Positions 44,202-54,772 are shown, counted from the stretch's first letter. The stretch: DNA of 64,000 nucleotides from an uncultured bacterium (GCA_964571465.1 CAZNAR010000004.1:20942-84941); one strand, 5' to 3'. A program made the numbers and translations. The notes: generated by a model not told the origin, from the letters alone.

Positions 44202-44801
44202 TTAGTGAAGAGCTCTAGAACAAATCTGACACTCGGTGTGTTTTCCCCTTGCAGGGCAAAACTTCCGAGCATAATAGATGATTTGCAAATGAACTTTGAT
44301 CCAATCTTTTTTCGGAAAGATCTTCTTTAAATCTTCTTCGACTTTTTCAGGACTCTTTCCCTTACTTAGTCCCCATCTTCTTGCACATCGTAAAATATGA
44401 GTGTCGATAGGAAAAGCAGGAACATTAAAGGCTTGTGCCATCACAACTGATGCTGTTTTATGCCCGACACCTGGTAGCTCTTCTAATTCTTCAAAACTCC
44501 TCGGAACTTCACCTTGATATTTTTCGACTAAAATCTCCGATAGCTTCCAAATGTTTTTTGCTTTTGTCGGTGATAGGCCGCACGGCTTAATGATCGCTCT
44601 TATTTCATCAACTGTAAGTCGAATCATTTCTTCCGGCGTTTTTGCTTTCTGAAACAGATGAGGAGTGATTTGATTCACTTTTGCATCGGTATTACGTGCC
44701 GAGAGAACGACTGCAATTAAAAGTGTATACGGATCGGTATGATGTAATGGCGGCTCTGGATCAGGAAAAAGGTTATCTAAAATTGCCTGTATCTTCTTCA
44801 T
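44202..44801 (-). CDS. nth: Endonuclease III (HhH-GPD DNA glycosylase)
   Basis: LIAVVLSARNTD, helix-hairpin-helix LPGVGHKTASVV, the catalytic D in PIDTH and a C-terminal Cys cluster. Confidence 0.9.
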   Translation of the reverse strand: MKKIQAILDNLFPDPEPPLHHTDPYTLLIAVVLSARNTDAKVNQITPHLFQKAKTPEEMIRLTVDEIRAIIKPCGLSPTKAKNIWKLSEILVEKYQGEVPRSFEELEELPGVGHKTASVVMAQAFNVPAFPIDTHILRCARRWGLSKGKSPEKVEEDLKKIFPKKDWIKVHLQIIYYARKFCPARGKHTECQICSRALH

Positions 44802-46165
44802 TTGCCTACGCAGAATTTAGAGAATATCGCACTTAAGATTTCTTCGGAAATATCTTGTCCAATGATTGTTCCTAAATCTTTGAGGGCCGCTCGCATGTCA
44901 GCTGCTAAAAATTCTGGAGAAACTCCGCTTTGCAATCCCTTGATTAATTTCCCGACGTTCTCTTTCGCGCTCATCAGTGCTTGAAAATGTCGCACATTTG
45001 TAATCACGACTTCTTCCTTGGAAGGAGCACCTTTTTTCCACACGAGCTTCTCTATCGCTTCTTTGAGCTCGCTCATTCCATGTCCCTCTTTCGCTGAAAT
45101 CGGAATCGATCCTTGTGGAGAAGAATGGCTTGTCGGGAGATCGACTTTATTCCAAATCACGAGAGTCTTATGTTTCGGCGCTTGTCTTAATATCTCTTCG
45201 TCTTCTTTCTGCAGACCACGGGCAGCATCGAGTACAAGCATCACAAGATCGGCTTCCGAAAGGGCTTTCATCGAGCGGCGGATCCCTTCTTGTTCAACCA
45301 CCTCTTCTGCGTCACGGATCCCGGCGGTATCAATTAATTTAAAATGAAGTCCACCAATCCTTAGATCTGCTTCTAAAAGATCGCGTGTTGTTCCAGCAAT
45401 TTCAGTCACAATCGCTCGCTCTTTTCCAAGCAGTGCATTCATGAGCGACGATTTACCGACATTCGGCGCACCCGATAAACAAAGTGTGAGCCCTTCATGT
45501 AAAATTTTTCCCTCTTCAAACGTCTTTCCTAAAACTTCCATTCTCTGCTCAACGGACTTTAAAGCCCCTATCACCTCTTCAAATGATGCAAACTCCAATC
45601 CCTCTTCAGGAAAATCGACCCATGCTTCTAAAATCGCGGCTAAATCTAAAAGCTCTTTCTGAAACTGCGCCACTTTCTTGGAAAGAGTTCCCTGCAATTG
45701 CCCTTCGGCCGCTTTGAGTGCAAGATCGTTCTTGGCCGCAATAACAGTTTGAACTGCCTCTGCCTGCGCCAGATCGAGTTTTCCATTCATATAAGCTTTG
45801 AATGTGAATTCACCTGGAAGGGCTGCACGTGCTCCTGCATCTAAGACCGTTTGTAACACCCGGCGTGTAATGAGACTTCCTCCATGACAATGGATTTCGA
45901 CCGTCTCTTCGCCTGTATAAGAACGGGGAGCTTTCATGACGACGATGAGCACTTCATCGACCACCTGTCCTGCACGATCGATGATTTTACCAAAATGAAG
46001 GGTATGACTTTTATACGACCTGACGGGCCCTACGAACACCTTAGACGCGACGTCTACTGCCGTATGACCTGAAATGCGAATAATGGCAACTCCACCTTCA
46101 CCAGGTGGAGTTGCAACAGCAGCGATCGTTTCGCCTTCAATATAAGGTCTGTGAATGAAATACAT
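44798..46165 (-). CDS. mnmE: tRNA modification GTPase MnmE
   Basis: G1 motif GAPNVGKSSLMNAL, then DTAGIR and NKVDL. It ends in the C-terminal FCVGK (C-I-G-K box). Confidence 0.95.
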   Translation of the reverse strand: MYFIHRPYIEGETIAAVATPPGEGGVAIIRISGHTAVDVASKVFVGPVRSYKSHTLHFGKIIDRAGQVVDEVLIVVMKAPRSYTGEETVEIHCHGGSLITRRVLQTVLDAGARAALPGEFTFKAYMNGKLDLAQAEAVQTVIAAKNDLALKAAEGQLQGTLSKKVAQFQKELLDLAAILEAWVDFPEEGLEFASFEEVIGALKSVEQRMEVLGKTFEEGKILHEGLTLCLSGAPNVGKSSLMNALLGKERAIVTEIAGTTRDLLEADLRIGGLHFKLIDTAGIRDAEEVVEQEGIRRSMKALSEADLVMLVLDAARGLQKEDEEILRQAPKHKTLVIWNKVDLPTSHSSPQGSIPISAKEGHGMSELKEAIEKLVWKKGAPSKEEVVITNVRHFQALMSAKENVGKLIKGLQSGVSPEFLAADMRAALKDLGTIIGQDISEEILSAIFSKFCVGK

Positions 46166-46191
46166 GAAGGATAGTATATCCTAAAAAGAGC

Positions 46192-46632
46192 TTAACCGTG
46201 AGCAACAAATCCGAAAATAGGAGGTTTCTCGCGATTACCCATATTGAAGAAATAAAGCGCTAAGCTTGCTAAAAAACTGGCTTTCTTGTTGATCTGCATG
46301 TTCATTTGCTCACTTAAACACAAAGCACCCACAAACGATCCTTTTAAAACATCCGAAAGCACTTCGCCCCCGAGTTTTAAATCAGGAAAGTAAGTCTCCT
46401 GGACATGAGTAATCCCTTTTCTGACAACCGCGTCAATCGTTGTTGCAAGCACACTTAAAGCACCTGCTCTCAGACCCGCACCGAAGTTGTTATGTTTAGC
46501 AAAAAGAATAGATGCTCCAAATGAAAATACAAAACCCTTTAAGCTTGAATCAACATATCCTTTAGGAACTGTAAAACAGTTGCTATTGATATATTGTTCT
46601 GCTTGATTTACATATTTTGTTAACAAACTCAT
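46192..46632 (-). CDS. Hypothetical protein (moderately hydrophobic)
   Basis: 146-aa ORF with GAGGAG upstream of the ATG. I recognised no family motif. Confidence 0.5.
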   Translation of the reverse strand: MSLLTKYVNQAEQYINSNCFTVPKGYVDSSLKGFVFSFGASILFAKHNNFGAGLRAGALSVLATTIDAVVRKGITHVQETYFPDLKLGGEVLSDVLKGSFVGALCLSEQMNMQINKKASFLASLALYFFNMGNREKPPIFGFVAHG

Positions 46633-46694
46633 ATTACTCCTCGTTAAAAGATGATATAATACAAGTTTTGTTATATAAATTCAATTATAAAGAA

Positions 46695-47282
46695 TTAACT
46701 TTGTTTTAGAGCGTTTGAAATTAATTCTGATAAAGAAAGCTCTTTAGTGTGTGCATCTTGGATTTTCTTCACCTTTTTCTGCGCCTCAAGAGGGTGATAA
46801 CCCAGATTGATGAGAGCGGAAATCGCATCCGATGTCACGGTGCCGGATGACAATGGAATATTTGAATTGATAGTTGCTGCCCCTTGGAACTTATCTTTCA
46901 ACTCAACGACGAGCCGTTCGGCTGTTTTTTTCCCGACACTGGGAATTTTTGAAAGGAGTGCAGAATTCCCTTGTAAAATGGCGAATTGAAAATCGTTGAT
47001 TTCAACATGCCCTAAAATGCCGACTGCGGTTTTGGGTCCTACACCACTGACACTGGTAAGAAGATAGAAGAGATTCTTTTCTTCGATCGTCAAAAAGCCG
47101 TACAAAATGTGTTCATCTTCGCGGATCACAGGAGCGACATAGATCAACGTTTGAGTCCCAATCTGAGGCAGTTTTTGGAATGTTTTCATAGAAATCTGGA
47201 TGGCATAGCCGATTCCGTTGATATCGATGACGGCTTTGGTCGGTGTCGATTGAACTAGCGGGCCGCGAAAGTATTCAAACAT
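46695..47282 (-). CDS. ruvA: Holliday junction helicase subunit RuvA
   Basis: MFEYFRG..INGIGY, HhH motifs SVSGVGPKTA and IPSVGKKTAERL, and a C-terminal domain III. Confidence 0.9.
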   Translation of the reverse strand: MFEYFRGPLVQSTPTKAVIDINGIGYAIQISMKTFQKLPQIGTQTLIYVAPVIREDEHILYGFLTIEEKNLFYLLTSVSGVGPKTAVGILGHVEINDFQFAILQGNSALLSKIPSVGKKTAERLVVELKDKFQGAATINSNIPLSSGTVTSDAISALINLGYHPLEAQKKVKKIQDAHTKELSLSELISNALKQS

Positions 47283-47767
47283 TTTAAATCCTTATAATAG
47301 GCGTGACAAATGGCAAGTGCTAAGGCATCGGCTGCATCGTGGGGCTCTGGGGGCTTCGGAAGCTTGAGCTGCATTTGCACCATCTGCTGCACTTGGTGTT
47401 TGCTGGCACTGCCATGTCCGACGACAGCCAGCTTGGCTTTTTTAGGGGCATATTCAAACACATCAACCTTACATTTGGCCGCCGCAATCATCACAGCTCC
47501 GCGTGCCATTCCAAGTTTGAGTGCAGTTTGCACATTTTTATAAACGAATTGCGTTTCTACTGCAACAGCATCCGGATTAAACTCTGCAATGAGATGTTCG
47601 ATTGCTTCAAAAATGACAAGATATCTTTCGGCGTTGTTAGGAGTGCGTGGTGGACGGATCGCTCCAAAGTCGATCGGCTCCCACTTGTTGCCAACGGCTC
47701 GAATAACTCCATACCCTGTGACAACAGTTCCGGGATCAACCCCCAGAATGACTTGGTGCTTGCTCAT
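47255..47767 (-). CDS. ruvC: Holliday junction resolvase RuvC
   Basis: ILGVDPGTVVTGYGVI, ..AVETQF.. and ..HDAADALALAICH. Confidence 0.9.
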   Translation of the reverse strand: MSKHQVILGVDPGTVVTGYGVIRAVGNKWEPIDFGAIRPPRTPNNAERYLVIFEAIEHLIAEFNPDAVAVETQFVYKNVQTALKLGMARGAVMIAAAKCKVDVFEYAPKKAKLAVVGHGSASKHQVQQMVQMQLKLPKPPEPHDAADALALAICHAYYKDLKCLNTFAAR

Positions 47768-49667
47768 TTCTCAAACTTATCATGTCTTTGACAATGTTGA
47801 CAGCTTCTTGCATTTGAAGATCATTCATTCCAATATCGATGTTGCCTTCATCCATGTGTTTTAAAAACTGTTGGAAGTTAGGATTCTTATCAATACGGTA
47901 CTGACTATTCTTCTTCAGCGTTGGAAGCATTTGAACCCACTGCGACTCTTTTTTCTGCAGATAGGGAAGATAGTTCTTTTGGAACCACAACTTGCTCGAC
48001 CCTTGGATGTCTGTGAGAGGATCGTTGTACGCAGGAGCAATTTGATCGTTTTTAAGAGCGTACTCTAAATACCGCTCTCCAATGTTATACGGAGCATAGG
48101 CGGTTGGAACATGGATATCGGCTTGCACTCCTTCAATCTGTGTTGAGCGGCCTGAAACGGTGTAGTACCTGCCGACGGTGACTTTAAAATAGGAAGGTGC
48201 CGACTGGTCAGTGACTGTTTGATACTGGATCGATCCTTTTCCGTAGGTGCGAGGATCGCCTACGACAAGCCCGATTCCGTAATCTTGGAGAGCTTGAGCC
48301 ACAATCTCTGCGGCCGACGCCGACATCTTCGATGTCAGAACAACAAGCGGTCCATCATAGTAAAGACGAGGATCGATGTTACGAAGGTATTGAATCTCTC
48401 CCTGCGCGTATTTGGACACAACCACAACTCCGCTCGTCATGAAAACGCCGGAGACTTTCACAGCTTGGCTTAAGAAACCGCCTAAATTGTCGCGCATGTC
48501 AAACACAAGACCGTAAACTTTGCCTTGTTTCTTCATTTGTCGAAGCGCTTCACGAATATCGGCTTCACAACTAGGAGCATCTGAGCTTTCATAAAACGAA
48601 GGAAGCATGAGTTTCCCAATCACTCCATCGGCAAACGGCTCGGTTGTAAACTGAACCCGCTCATCATCGAGAATGATTTTTTCTCGTTTTAAGTCGACCT
48701 TCACAAAAGATTCGGCATCCCCTTGTAGTCTTTTAAACCCTAAAGCAACTTGCTTCTTCCCACTCCCTTTTAGGAGTTCGAGCGCTTCTTGGTAATTATT
48801 GCCGCTGACAGGAGAGCCGTCGACTTCAACAAGAAAATCGCCGATATGAACTTGTCCTGAACGAGCCGCAGAACCCCCTTTAATAACATCAGCAACTTCA
48901 ACCCCTTCTAAACTTTCGCGGAAGACGATCCCCACCCCTTCGACTTGTTTTTCGAGCGATGTTCTCATCTCATACGCCTCTTGCGGACTGAAATAAGCTG
49001 TATGAGCATCAAGACTGCGAGCCATCGATTTCAAAATGTGCATCGAAAAGTAGTGCTCGTTTTGATTGTAGGTCGCCTCGTATTGGGAAAACCTCTTTTC
49101 ATATAAGTTACAAATCTTTCGGCGGCGATCTTCCGTCCAAAAACTGCTGTCTTTACTCTTGTTTTCCAGCTTGAATAAGTAGAGGAGCTGAGCTCTTAAT
49201 CTTTTTCTTAATACATCAGGAGTTGAGGCATACTGCGTCGACTGATCATCGGAGAATCCCACTTCTAAAGCTTCACCTTTCTTGACAAAGTCGGCGTAAA
49301 ATTCTTGCCGCCATGCTTTCGCGCGGGCAATCGCTTGTCCTATTGACTTGTTCAGGGCTCCGAATTCAGGGTATTCATCGGCATAATAATGATTGATCAC
49401 ATGCTCAATCTGGGTCGAGTTCACCTCAAAAAAAGGCTTTACCTCTGCATAGGTAAAATAAATTCTTTGCGAATCAAACTGCTCAACATAGTTTTTAAAT
49501 GCCCGTTTAACCACCGTCGGGGTCATCTCACGAATTTCAACGTGGTAGGTGAACATCTCCTCCATGGAATTACGGACATCGACCAACCGAAGTTGAGGGG
49601 GTGTCGCAAGAAGAAAAGCAGGAATACAAGTGAGTAAAATTGCGAAAAAACGACTTTTGAATTTCAT
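47736..49667 (-). CDS. tsp: Tail-specific (C-terminal processing) protease, S41 family, long chlamydial-type form
   Basis: Signal peptide, PDZ region (GSAARSGQVHIGDFLVEVDG), catalytic SASAAEIVAQAL and TYGKGSIQ. Confidence 0.9.
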   Translation of the reverse strand: MKFKSRFFAILLTCIPAFLLATPPQLRLVDVRNSMEEMFTYHVEIREMTPTVVKRAFKNYVEQFDSQRIYFTYAEVKPFFEVNSTQIEHVINHYYADEYPEFGALNKSIGQAIARAKAWRQEFYADFVKKGEALEVGFSDDQSTQYASTPDVLRKRLRAQLLYLFKLENKSKDSSFWTEDRRRKICNLYEKRFSQYEATYNQNEHYFSMHILKSMARSLDAHTAYFSPQEAYEMRTSLEKQVEGVGIVFRESLEGVEVADVIKGGSAARSGQVHIGDFLVEVDGSPVSGNNYQEALELLKGSGKKQVALGFKRLQGDAESFVKVDLKREKIILDDERVQFTTEPFADGVIGKLMLPSFYESSDAPSCEADIREALRQMKKQGKVYGLVFDMRDNLGGFLSQAVKVSGVFMTSGVVVVSKYAQGEIQYLRNIDPRLYYDGPLVVLTSKMSASAAEIVAQALQDYGIGLVVGDPRTYGKGSIQYQTVTDQSAPSYFKVTVGRYYTVSGRSTQIEGVQADIHVPTAYAPYNIGERYLEYALKNDQIAPAYNDPLTDIQGSSKLWFQKNYLPYLQKKESQWVQMLPTLKKNSQYRIDKNPNFQQFLKHMDEGNIDIGMNDLQMQEAVNIVKDMISLRNEQAPSHSGG

Positions 49668-49931
49668 ATTGACCTTGCTACTAAAATACAGAGGAATAAT
49701 TAAATTGCATCCAGAATTTTTTTATTGATAGCTCTTAGAACTGCCAACCAAGCCCTCCGCCAACATCAAGGCCCCCAACTTTGACAGAATGGCCCTGAAC
49801 ATTCACAGGAGTTGATGGCTTACCAAAGCTCCTTGAAGGAATAACAACATAAAATCTCCTTTAATAAAGAAATTTTTTATTCAGAATATTTAGTTTCAAT
49901 GAAAATCGTTGCTCAAAACTTGAAAATGCAA

Positions 49932-49987
49932 TTGTCATAATGCCTCTTATTCCTATAGTTGCAAGAAATTTCAGTGTAGGCTATAGT
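49932..49987 (+). promoter_or_regulatory. Tandem sigma-70/66-like promoters upstream of rpsL
   Basis: P1 is TTGTCA(49932)-16 nt-TATAGT(49954). P2 is TTGCAA(49959)-17 nt-TATAGT(49982). They are built from a direct repeat CTATAGTTGC. This is hexamer matching by eye only. Confidence 0.4.
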
Positions 49988-50061
49988 TGCCAGTGAAAAA
50001 GAACTTTTCCATATTTTTGTCTGGAAGAACCCTCTTTTTAATGTTGAATTAAGGAATAGTA

Positions 50062-50433
50062 ATGCCGACAATTAACCAATTAGTCAAAGTAGGACGTGGA
50101 CGTAAAGCAAAGCGTCGTAAATCGCCTGCACTTCAGCAATGTCCTCAAAAACGGGGTGTTTGCCTGCAAGTGAAGACTAAAACTCCTAAAAAACCGAACT
50201 CTGCCCTTCGAAAAGTGGCGTGGGTCCGTCTCTCCAACGGTCAGGAAGTGATCGCTTATATTGGTGGAGAAGGACACAACCTGCAAGAACACAGTATCGT
50301 TCTTGTACGCGGAGGACGTGTAAAAGACCTCCCAGGGGTTCGTTACCATATCGTTCGAGGATCATTGGATTGCGCTGCGGTGAAAGATCGCAAACAAAGC
50401 CGATCCAAATACGGAGCTAAAAGACCTAAGTAA
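50062..50433 (+). CDS. rpsL: 30S ribosomal protein S12
   Basis: [29 protein letters not shown] is highly conserved. Confidence 0.97.
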   Translation: MPTINQLVKVGRGRKAKRRKSPALQQCPQKRGVCLQVKTKTPKKPNSALRKVAWVRLSNGQEVIAYIGGEGHNLQEHSIVLVRGGRVKDLPGVRYHIVRGSLDCAAVKDRKQSRSKYGAKRPK

Positions 50434-50543
50434 GGTTTAGCTCATATAGTAATTGGGAATGATCTCTAAAGGTCATTCTAGCCTGATAGGCTTGCTCTGA
50501 TAGAGCACGGTGAAGAAACATAAAAAGTTAAGGAAATTACATC

Positions 50544-51017
50544 ATGTCAAGAAGAAGACGCGCAGTAAAGCGTGAAGTTGCACCCGATCCATTGTATAAC
50601 AGCCTAGTGCTGGCGAAATTTATTAACAAAGTGATGATCAGCGGTAAAAAGTCGACTGCTCGTCGAATCGTTTATAACGCTTTAGACCAATTTGCAAAGA
50701 AAGTGAAAGCTGAAGATCCTCTCGCAGCATTTGAGCAAGCGCTCGAGAATGCAAAGCCTACGCTCGAAGTTAAGTCTCGTCGTATTGGGGGCGCAACGTA
50801 CCAAGTGCCTGTTGAAATCCCAGCAGACAGACGTGCTTCGATGGCAATGAAATGGATCATCCAATACGCCCAAGAAAAAGTCGGTCGTTCTATGGAAGAT
50901 GGACTTTCACAAGAGCTAGCTGATGCCTTTAACAACCAAGGTTCTGCGATTAAAAAGAAAGACGACACACACAAAATGGCAGAGGCGAATAAAGCTTTTG
51001 CTCACTACAAATGGTAA
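50544..51017 (+). CDS. rpsG: 30S ribosomal protein S7
   Basis: MSRRRRA..PDP.Y.. and GGATYQVPVEI. Confidence 0.97.
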   Translation: MSRRRRAVKREVAPDPLYNSLVLAKFINKVMISGKKSTARRIVYNALDQFAKKVKAEDPLAAFEQALENAKPTLEVKSRRIGGATYQVPVEIPADRRASMAMKWIIQYAQEKVGRSMEDGLSQELADAFNNQGSAIKKKDDTHKMAEANKAFAHYKW

Positions 51018-51030
51018 AGGTTAAAAGCGC

Positions 51031-53136
51031 ATGAGTAATCAACAAGCAAGTAAACGTCCTGAGACAGATGTTTTAAAAGATGTCCGAAATATCGGCATCA
51101 TGGCCCACATTGACGCCGGTAAAACCACCACCACAGAACGTATTCTTTACTATTCAGGTCGCGTTCACAGGATGGGTGAGGTGCATGAAGGTGCCGCAAC
51201 GATGGACTTCATGGAGCAAGAAAGAGAGCGTGGAATCACGATCACGTCTGCTTCGACGACTGTTTATTGGAAAGGCAGCAAAATTAACATCATCGACACA
51301 CCGGGCCACGTCGACTTTACGATTGAAGTCGAACGATCTCTGCGTGTTCTCGATGGTGCTGTCGCTGTCTTTGATGCTGTCGCCGGTGTTCAACCGCAAT
51401 CTGAAACCGTTTGGCGCCAAGCGAATAAATACGGCGTTCCAAGAATTGCGTTTGTTAACAAAATGGACCGCATCGGTGCTGATTACTTTAATGCAGTCAA
51501 AACAATGGAAGATAAACTCGGCGCGAACGTTTTAATCGTTCACTGCCCGATTGGATCTGAATCTGACTTTAAAGGAATGGTCGACCTCATTACGATGAGA
51601 GCCTACCTGTTCCTTGATGAAACTCTCGGTGCAAAATACGAAGAAGCAGACATTCCTGCTGACCTCGTCGACAAATGTAAAGAGCTCCGTCAAAAAATGC
51701 TCGAAGAGCTCGCTACCATTGACGAGTCGAACGAAACATTCATGATGAAAGTTCTGGAAGACCCGAACAGTCTGACAGAAGACGAAATTCATGCAACTAT
51801 CCGTAAAGGGGTGATCGGCCTTAAAATCAACCCTGTTCTTTGTGGTACAGCCTTCAAGAACAAAGGGATTCAACCTCTTCTCGATGCGATCGTACGTTGG
51901 ATGCCTTCTCCTCTTGACCGCGGAGTGATCAAAGGAATCAATATCAAAACAGGCGAGCCAGAAATGCTTGAGCCTGATGATAACAGCCCTCTTTCAGCAC
52001 TTGCATTCAAAATCATGTCGGACCCATACGTCGGCAGATTAACCTTCGTCCGTATTTATTCAGGTACCCTCACAAAAGGAACTGCTCTGATCAACACGAC
52101 GAAAGATAAGCGTGAACGTGTTTCTCGCCTTCTTGAGATGCATGCGAACCAACGGAAAGACCGTGATGAGTTTTACACTGGCGACATCGCAGCGTGTATC
52201 GGTCTTAAATATACTTCAACAGGAGATACTCTCTGTACCGAAGATCATGAACTTCTCTTAGAGAAAATGGTCTTCCCAGATCCTGTTATTTCGATGGCAA
52301 TTGAGCCAAAATCGAAAGCTGACCGCGAGAAACTTGCGCAAGCTCTTTCCTCACTCTCCGAAGAAGATCCAACCTTCCGCGTCTCAACCAACGAAGAGAC
52401 AGGACAGACAATCATCGCAGGGATGGGAGAGCTTCACCTTGAAATTCTCCGTGACCGTATGTTCCGTGAGTTCTCAGTCGAAGCTAACGTCGGTAAACCT
52501 GAAGTCGCTTACAAAGAGACTATCACTGTTCCTGGCAAGATCGAAACTAAGTACGTCAAGCAGTCCGGTGGTCGTGGTCAATACGCCCACGTCTGTCTCG
52601 AAATTGAACCGAATGAGAAAGGTAAAGGAAACATCGTCGAGAGCCAAATCGTTGGTGGTGTTATTCCAAAAGAATACATTCCTGCCGTTATCAAAGGGGT
52701 TACAGAAGGACTTACAACTGGAGTTCTCGCAGGGTACCCACTCGTCGATGTTAAAGTGGCGATCGTTTATGGATCATACCACGAAGTCGACTCAAACGAG
52801 ATGGCGTTCAAGATCTGCGGATCGATGGCTGTGAAAGATTGTGCCCGTAAAGCACAACCGATCCTCCTCGAACCTGTCATGAAAGTCGTCGTCACAACAC
52901 CTGACCAATTTATCGGTGATGTGATCGGTGATATCAACCGTCGCCGTGGACGTATCATGAACCAAAATTCAAACAAAGGTCTCGTTGAGATCGAGTCTGA
53001 AATTCCCCTTGGGGAAATGTTCGGGTACTCAACTCAACTCCGCTCGATTACCTCGGGCCGTGGAACCTACGTGATGGAGCCAAGCCATTTCGAACGTGCT
53101 CCAGCAAAAATTTTAGAAGAAATAGCAAAAAAATAA
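51031..53136 (+). CDS. fusA: Elongation factor G
   Basis: [36 protein letters not shown] and full five-domain length. Confidence 0.97.
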   Translation: MSNQQASKRPETDVLKDVRNIGIMAHIDAGKTTTTERILYYSGRVHRMGEVHEGAATMDFMEQERERGITITSASTTVYWKGSKINIIDTPGHVDFTIEVERSLRVLDGAVAVFDAVAGVQPQSETVWRQANKYGVPRIAFVNKMDRIGADYFNAVKTMEDKLGANVLIVHCPIGSESDFKGMVDLITMRAYLFLDETLGAKYEEADIPADLVDKCKELRQKMLEELATIDESNETFMMKVLEDPNSLTEDEIHATIRKGVIGLKINPVLCGTAFKNKGIQPLLDAIVRWMPSPLDRGVIKGINIKTGEPEMLEPDDNSPLSALAFKIMSDPYVGRLTFVRIYSGTLTKGTALINTTKDKRERVSRLLEMHANQRKDRDEFYTGDIAACIGLKYTSTGDTLCTEDHELLLEKMVFPDPVISMAIEPKSKADREKLAQALSSLSEEDPTFRVSTNEETGQTIIAGMGELHLEILRDRMFREFSVEANVGKPEVAYKETITVPGKIETKYVKQSGGRGQYAHVCLEIEPNEKGKGNIVESQIVGGVIPKEYIPAVIKGVTEGLTTGVLAGYPLVDVKVAIVYGSYHEVDSNEMAFKICGSMAVKDCARKAQPILLEPVMKVVVTTPDQFIGDVIGDINRRRGRIMNQNSNKGLVEIESEIPLGEMFGYSTQLRSITSGRGTYVMEPSHFERAPAKILEEIAKK

Positions 53137-53149
53137 GGAAATTAAAGAC

Positions 53150-53467
53150 ATGGCAAAACAATCTCGCCAAAAGATTCGCATCCGCCTTAAAGGGTATGAT
53201 CAGCGAGTCCTCGATCGCGCGACAGCCGATATCGTCGAGACAGCAAAAAGAACGGGTGCTCGCATTGCCGGCCCGATTCCTCTCCCAACAAAGAGAGAAG
53301 TCTACACCGTGCTACGTTCTCCTCACGTCGACCGAAAGTCTCGTGAGCAGTTCGAAATGCGCACACATATTCGCATGCTCGACATTTTGAGCCCAACTCC
53401 TGATACCATCGACAAGCTCAAAGTCCTCCCCGTCGCAGCTGGTGTGGATATCAAAATCCGCGCTTAA
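53150..53467 (+). CDS. rpsJ: 30S ribosomal protein S10
   Basis: [10 protein letters not shown]...LD., GPIPLPT and [18 protein letters not shown]. Confidence 0.97.
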   Translation: MAKQSRQKIRIRLKGYDQRVLDRATADIVETAKRTGARIAGPIPLPTKREVYTVLRSPHVDRKSREQFEMRTHIRMLDILSPTPDTIDKLKVLPVAAGVDIKIRA

Positions 53468-53478
53468 ATTTTCCCTCC

Positions 53479-53513
53479 AAGGTGTTTGCCTCTAAAGCAA
53501 ACACCTTTTTATT
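53479..53513 (+). terminator. Rho-independent terminator after rpsJ
   Basis: A perfect 11-bp stem AAGGTGTTTGC/GCAAACACCTT with a 7-nt loop, followed by TTTATT. Confidence 0.7.
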
Positions 53514-53520
53514 GATATTT

Positions 53521-53991
53521 ATGGAAAAAATAATTTTTGCCTTGCTCTTAGGAACTACTCCGATGATAGCCACCGAGGCAACAGATCCTTTTGGACCTAC
53601 CGTAGCCTTGCTCAATCAAGCAATTACAACACAGCAGCAAGAACTGCTCCAAGAAGCATCGACTGCAAAAAATGAAAATTTTCAAACGGAACTCGATAAA
53701 GTTCAAACCGTTTACAAAAAAGTCCTTGAGAAAAGTATTGAAAATCTCAACAATCAAGTTAAAGTCCTTCAAGCACTCTCCACAATCTTCAAAGGCGTTT
53801 CTACAGAGCCCGCAAGCCTAGCTGCTGCCCAAGAGCAAATGAACCAGCTTCAAGCCACATTTACTGCTTGTCAGACACTCCAACGGAGCTGTGAAAGCAA
53901 CATTAAAGCTCTGCATGACCGAATCACAGACCTGACAGGCCAAACCGCCCCAAACCCCTTACCTGAAAACTGGTGGAATCAGTTTAACTAA
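53521..53991 (+). CDS. Hypothetical secreted coiled-coil protein
   Basis: The start is moved to the ATG at 53521, because the ORF track's 53482 start lies inside the rpsJ terminator hairpin. The protein has a signal-like N-terminus (MEKIIFALLLGTTPMIATEA) and a Gln/Leu-rich helical sequence. Confidence 0.55.
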   Translation: MEKIIFALLLGTTPMIATEATDPFGPTVALLNQAITTQQQELLQEASTAKNENFQTELDKVQTVYKKVLEKSIENLNNQVKVLQALSTIFKGVSTEPASLAAAQEQMNQLQATFTACQTLQRSCESNIKALHDRITDLTGQTAPNPLPENWWNQFN

Positions 53992-53994
53992 GAA

Positions 53995-54417
53995 ATGACT
54001 GTTAGATTAATAGCCCTCACACCTGCTATGGCACGAAGTATTGAAGAAATGGAGTTACTTCAAATTACGTTAACCGATACACGGCAGCAGGCATTGATGA
54101 AAATCTCTCCAACCCCACCTCGTGCTACAAATCCTGTTTTGCAAGGGATTGTAAACAGCGCTCAAGATGCTTTAAATACACTGTTGTCAGATTATTGCAG
54201 AGTTCTTGATACATCCATTGCAGTGCTTAACCAAGCGTTAGACTTAATTGGAGAGGATCGAGATGGAATTTCTGAAACAGCACTCGCCACTCTGGACAAA
54301 ATGGAAACGATTGCTGTCCCCATCAGAACTGAATTCCAAAACATTCGGACTCAAATAAAATCCCTTGAATCACGCCTGATCGGGCTGATCCAGCTCCAAT
54401 GCTCTGTACACATGTAA
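53995..54417 (+). CDS. Hypothetical helical protein
   Basis: 140-aa ORF lying 3 nt after the previous gene. I recognised no family motif. Confidence 0.5.
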   Translation: MTVRLIALTPAMARSIEEMELLQITLTDTRQQALMKISPTPPRATNPVLQGIVNSAQDALNTLLSDYCRVLDTSIAVLNQALDLIGEDRDGISETALATLDKMETIAVPIRTEFQNIRTQIKSLESRLIGLIQLQCSVHM

Positions 54418-54418
54418 A

Positions 54419-54772
54419 TCAGTTCGGAACATCATTTGGATCGTCATCGTAAATTTCGTCATAGGCAGGTGGGAGTTCTTGATTTTTACGTTTTGAAACC
54501 ACCTGTCCATTTTTCACAATGAAAACATAGTTGTTTTGTTCTGCGGTCGCAGTTCCCGCAGGAATTCTTTCGATATAAAGATACTCTTGCGAACCGTCTT
54601 TCTTATTTTTGATCGAATAGGGCTCACCGTATTTGTTGATGAGCTCTTGGGTCGATGTTCCGACAGTAACCATGTAGTAGTCATCCCGTGTCATCACCTT
54701 GGATGAACCACATGCCGCCAGCATTGCAATGGATGAAATGAGTGCTATTTTTTTGACGATGTCTCTTGCCAT
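54419..54772 (-). CDS. Small lipoprotein, BamE/SmpA-OmlA-like
   Basis: Lipobox IAMLAACGSS. The ..VTVGTSTQELINKYGEPYS.. segment resembles the BamE core motif. Confidence 0.5.
   Translation of the reverse strand: MARDIVKKIALISSIAMLAACGSSKVMTRDDYYMVTVGTSTQELINKYGEPYSIKNKKDGSQEYLYIERIPAGTATAEQNNYVFIVKNGQVVSKRKNQELPPAYDEIYDDDPNDVPN

Noticed and set aside
49803-49805. In-frame TGA between the two mini-ORFs upstream of tsp, read as selenocysteine or Trp recoding.
   Set aside because: No SECIS-like hairpin is obvious immediately downstream. TGA is used as a genuine stop by many well-defined genes in this window, so reassignment is implausible. It is kept only as a low-interest observation.
50434-50543. 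Small hairpins in the rpsL-rpsG spacer (GAATGA..TCATTC and TGCTCT-GAT-AGAGCA), considered as a possible S7 autoregulatory site or attenuator.
   Set aside because: The stems are only 6 bp with no U-tract. I cannot distinguish them from chance without a covariance or conservation analysis, so no feature was called.
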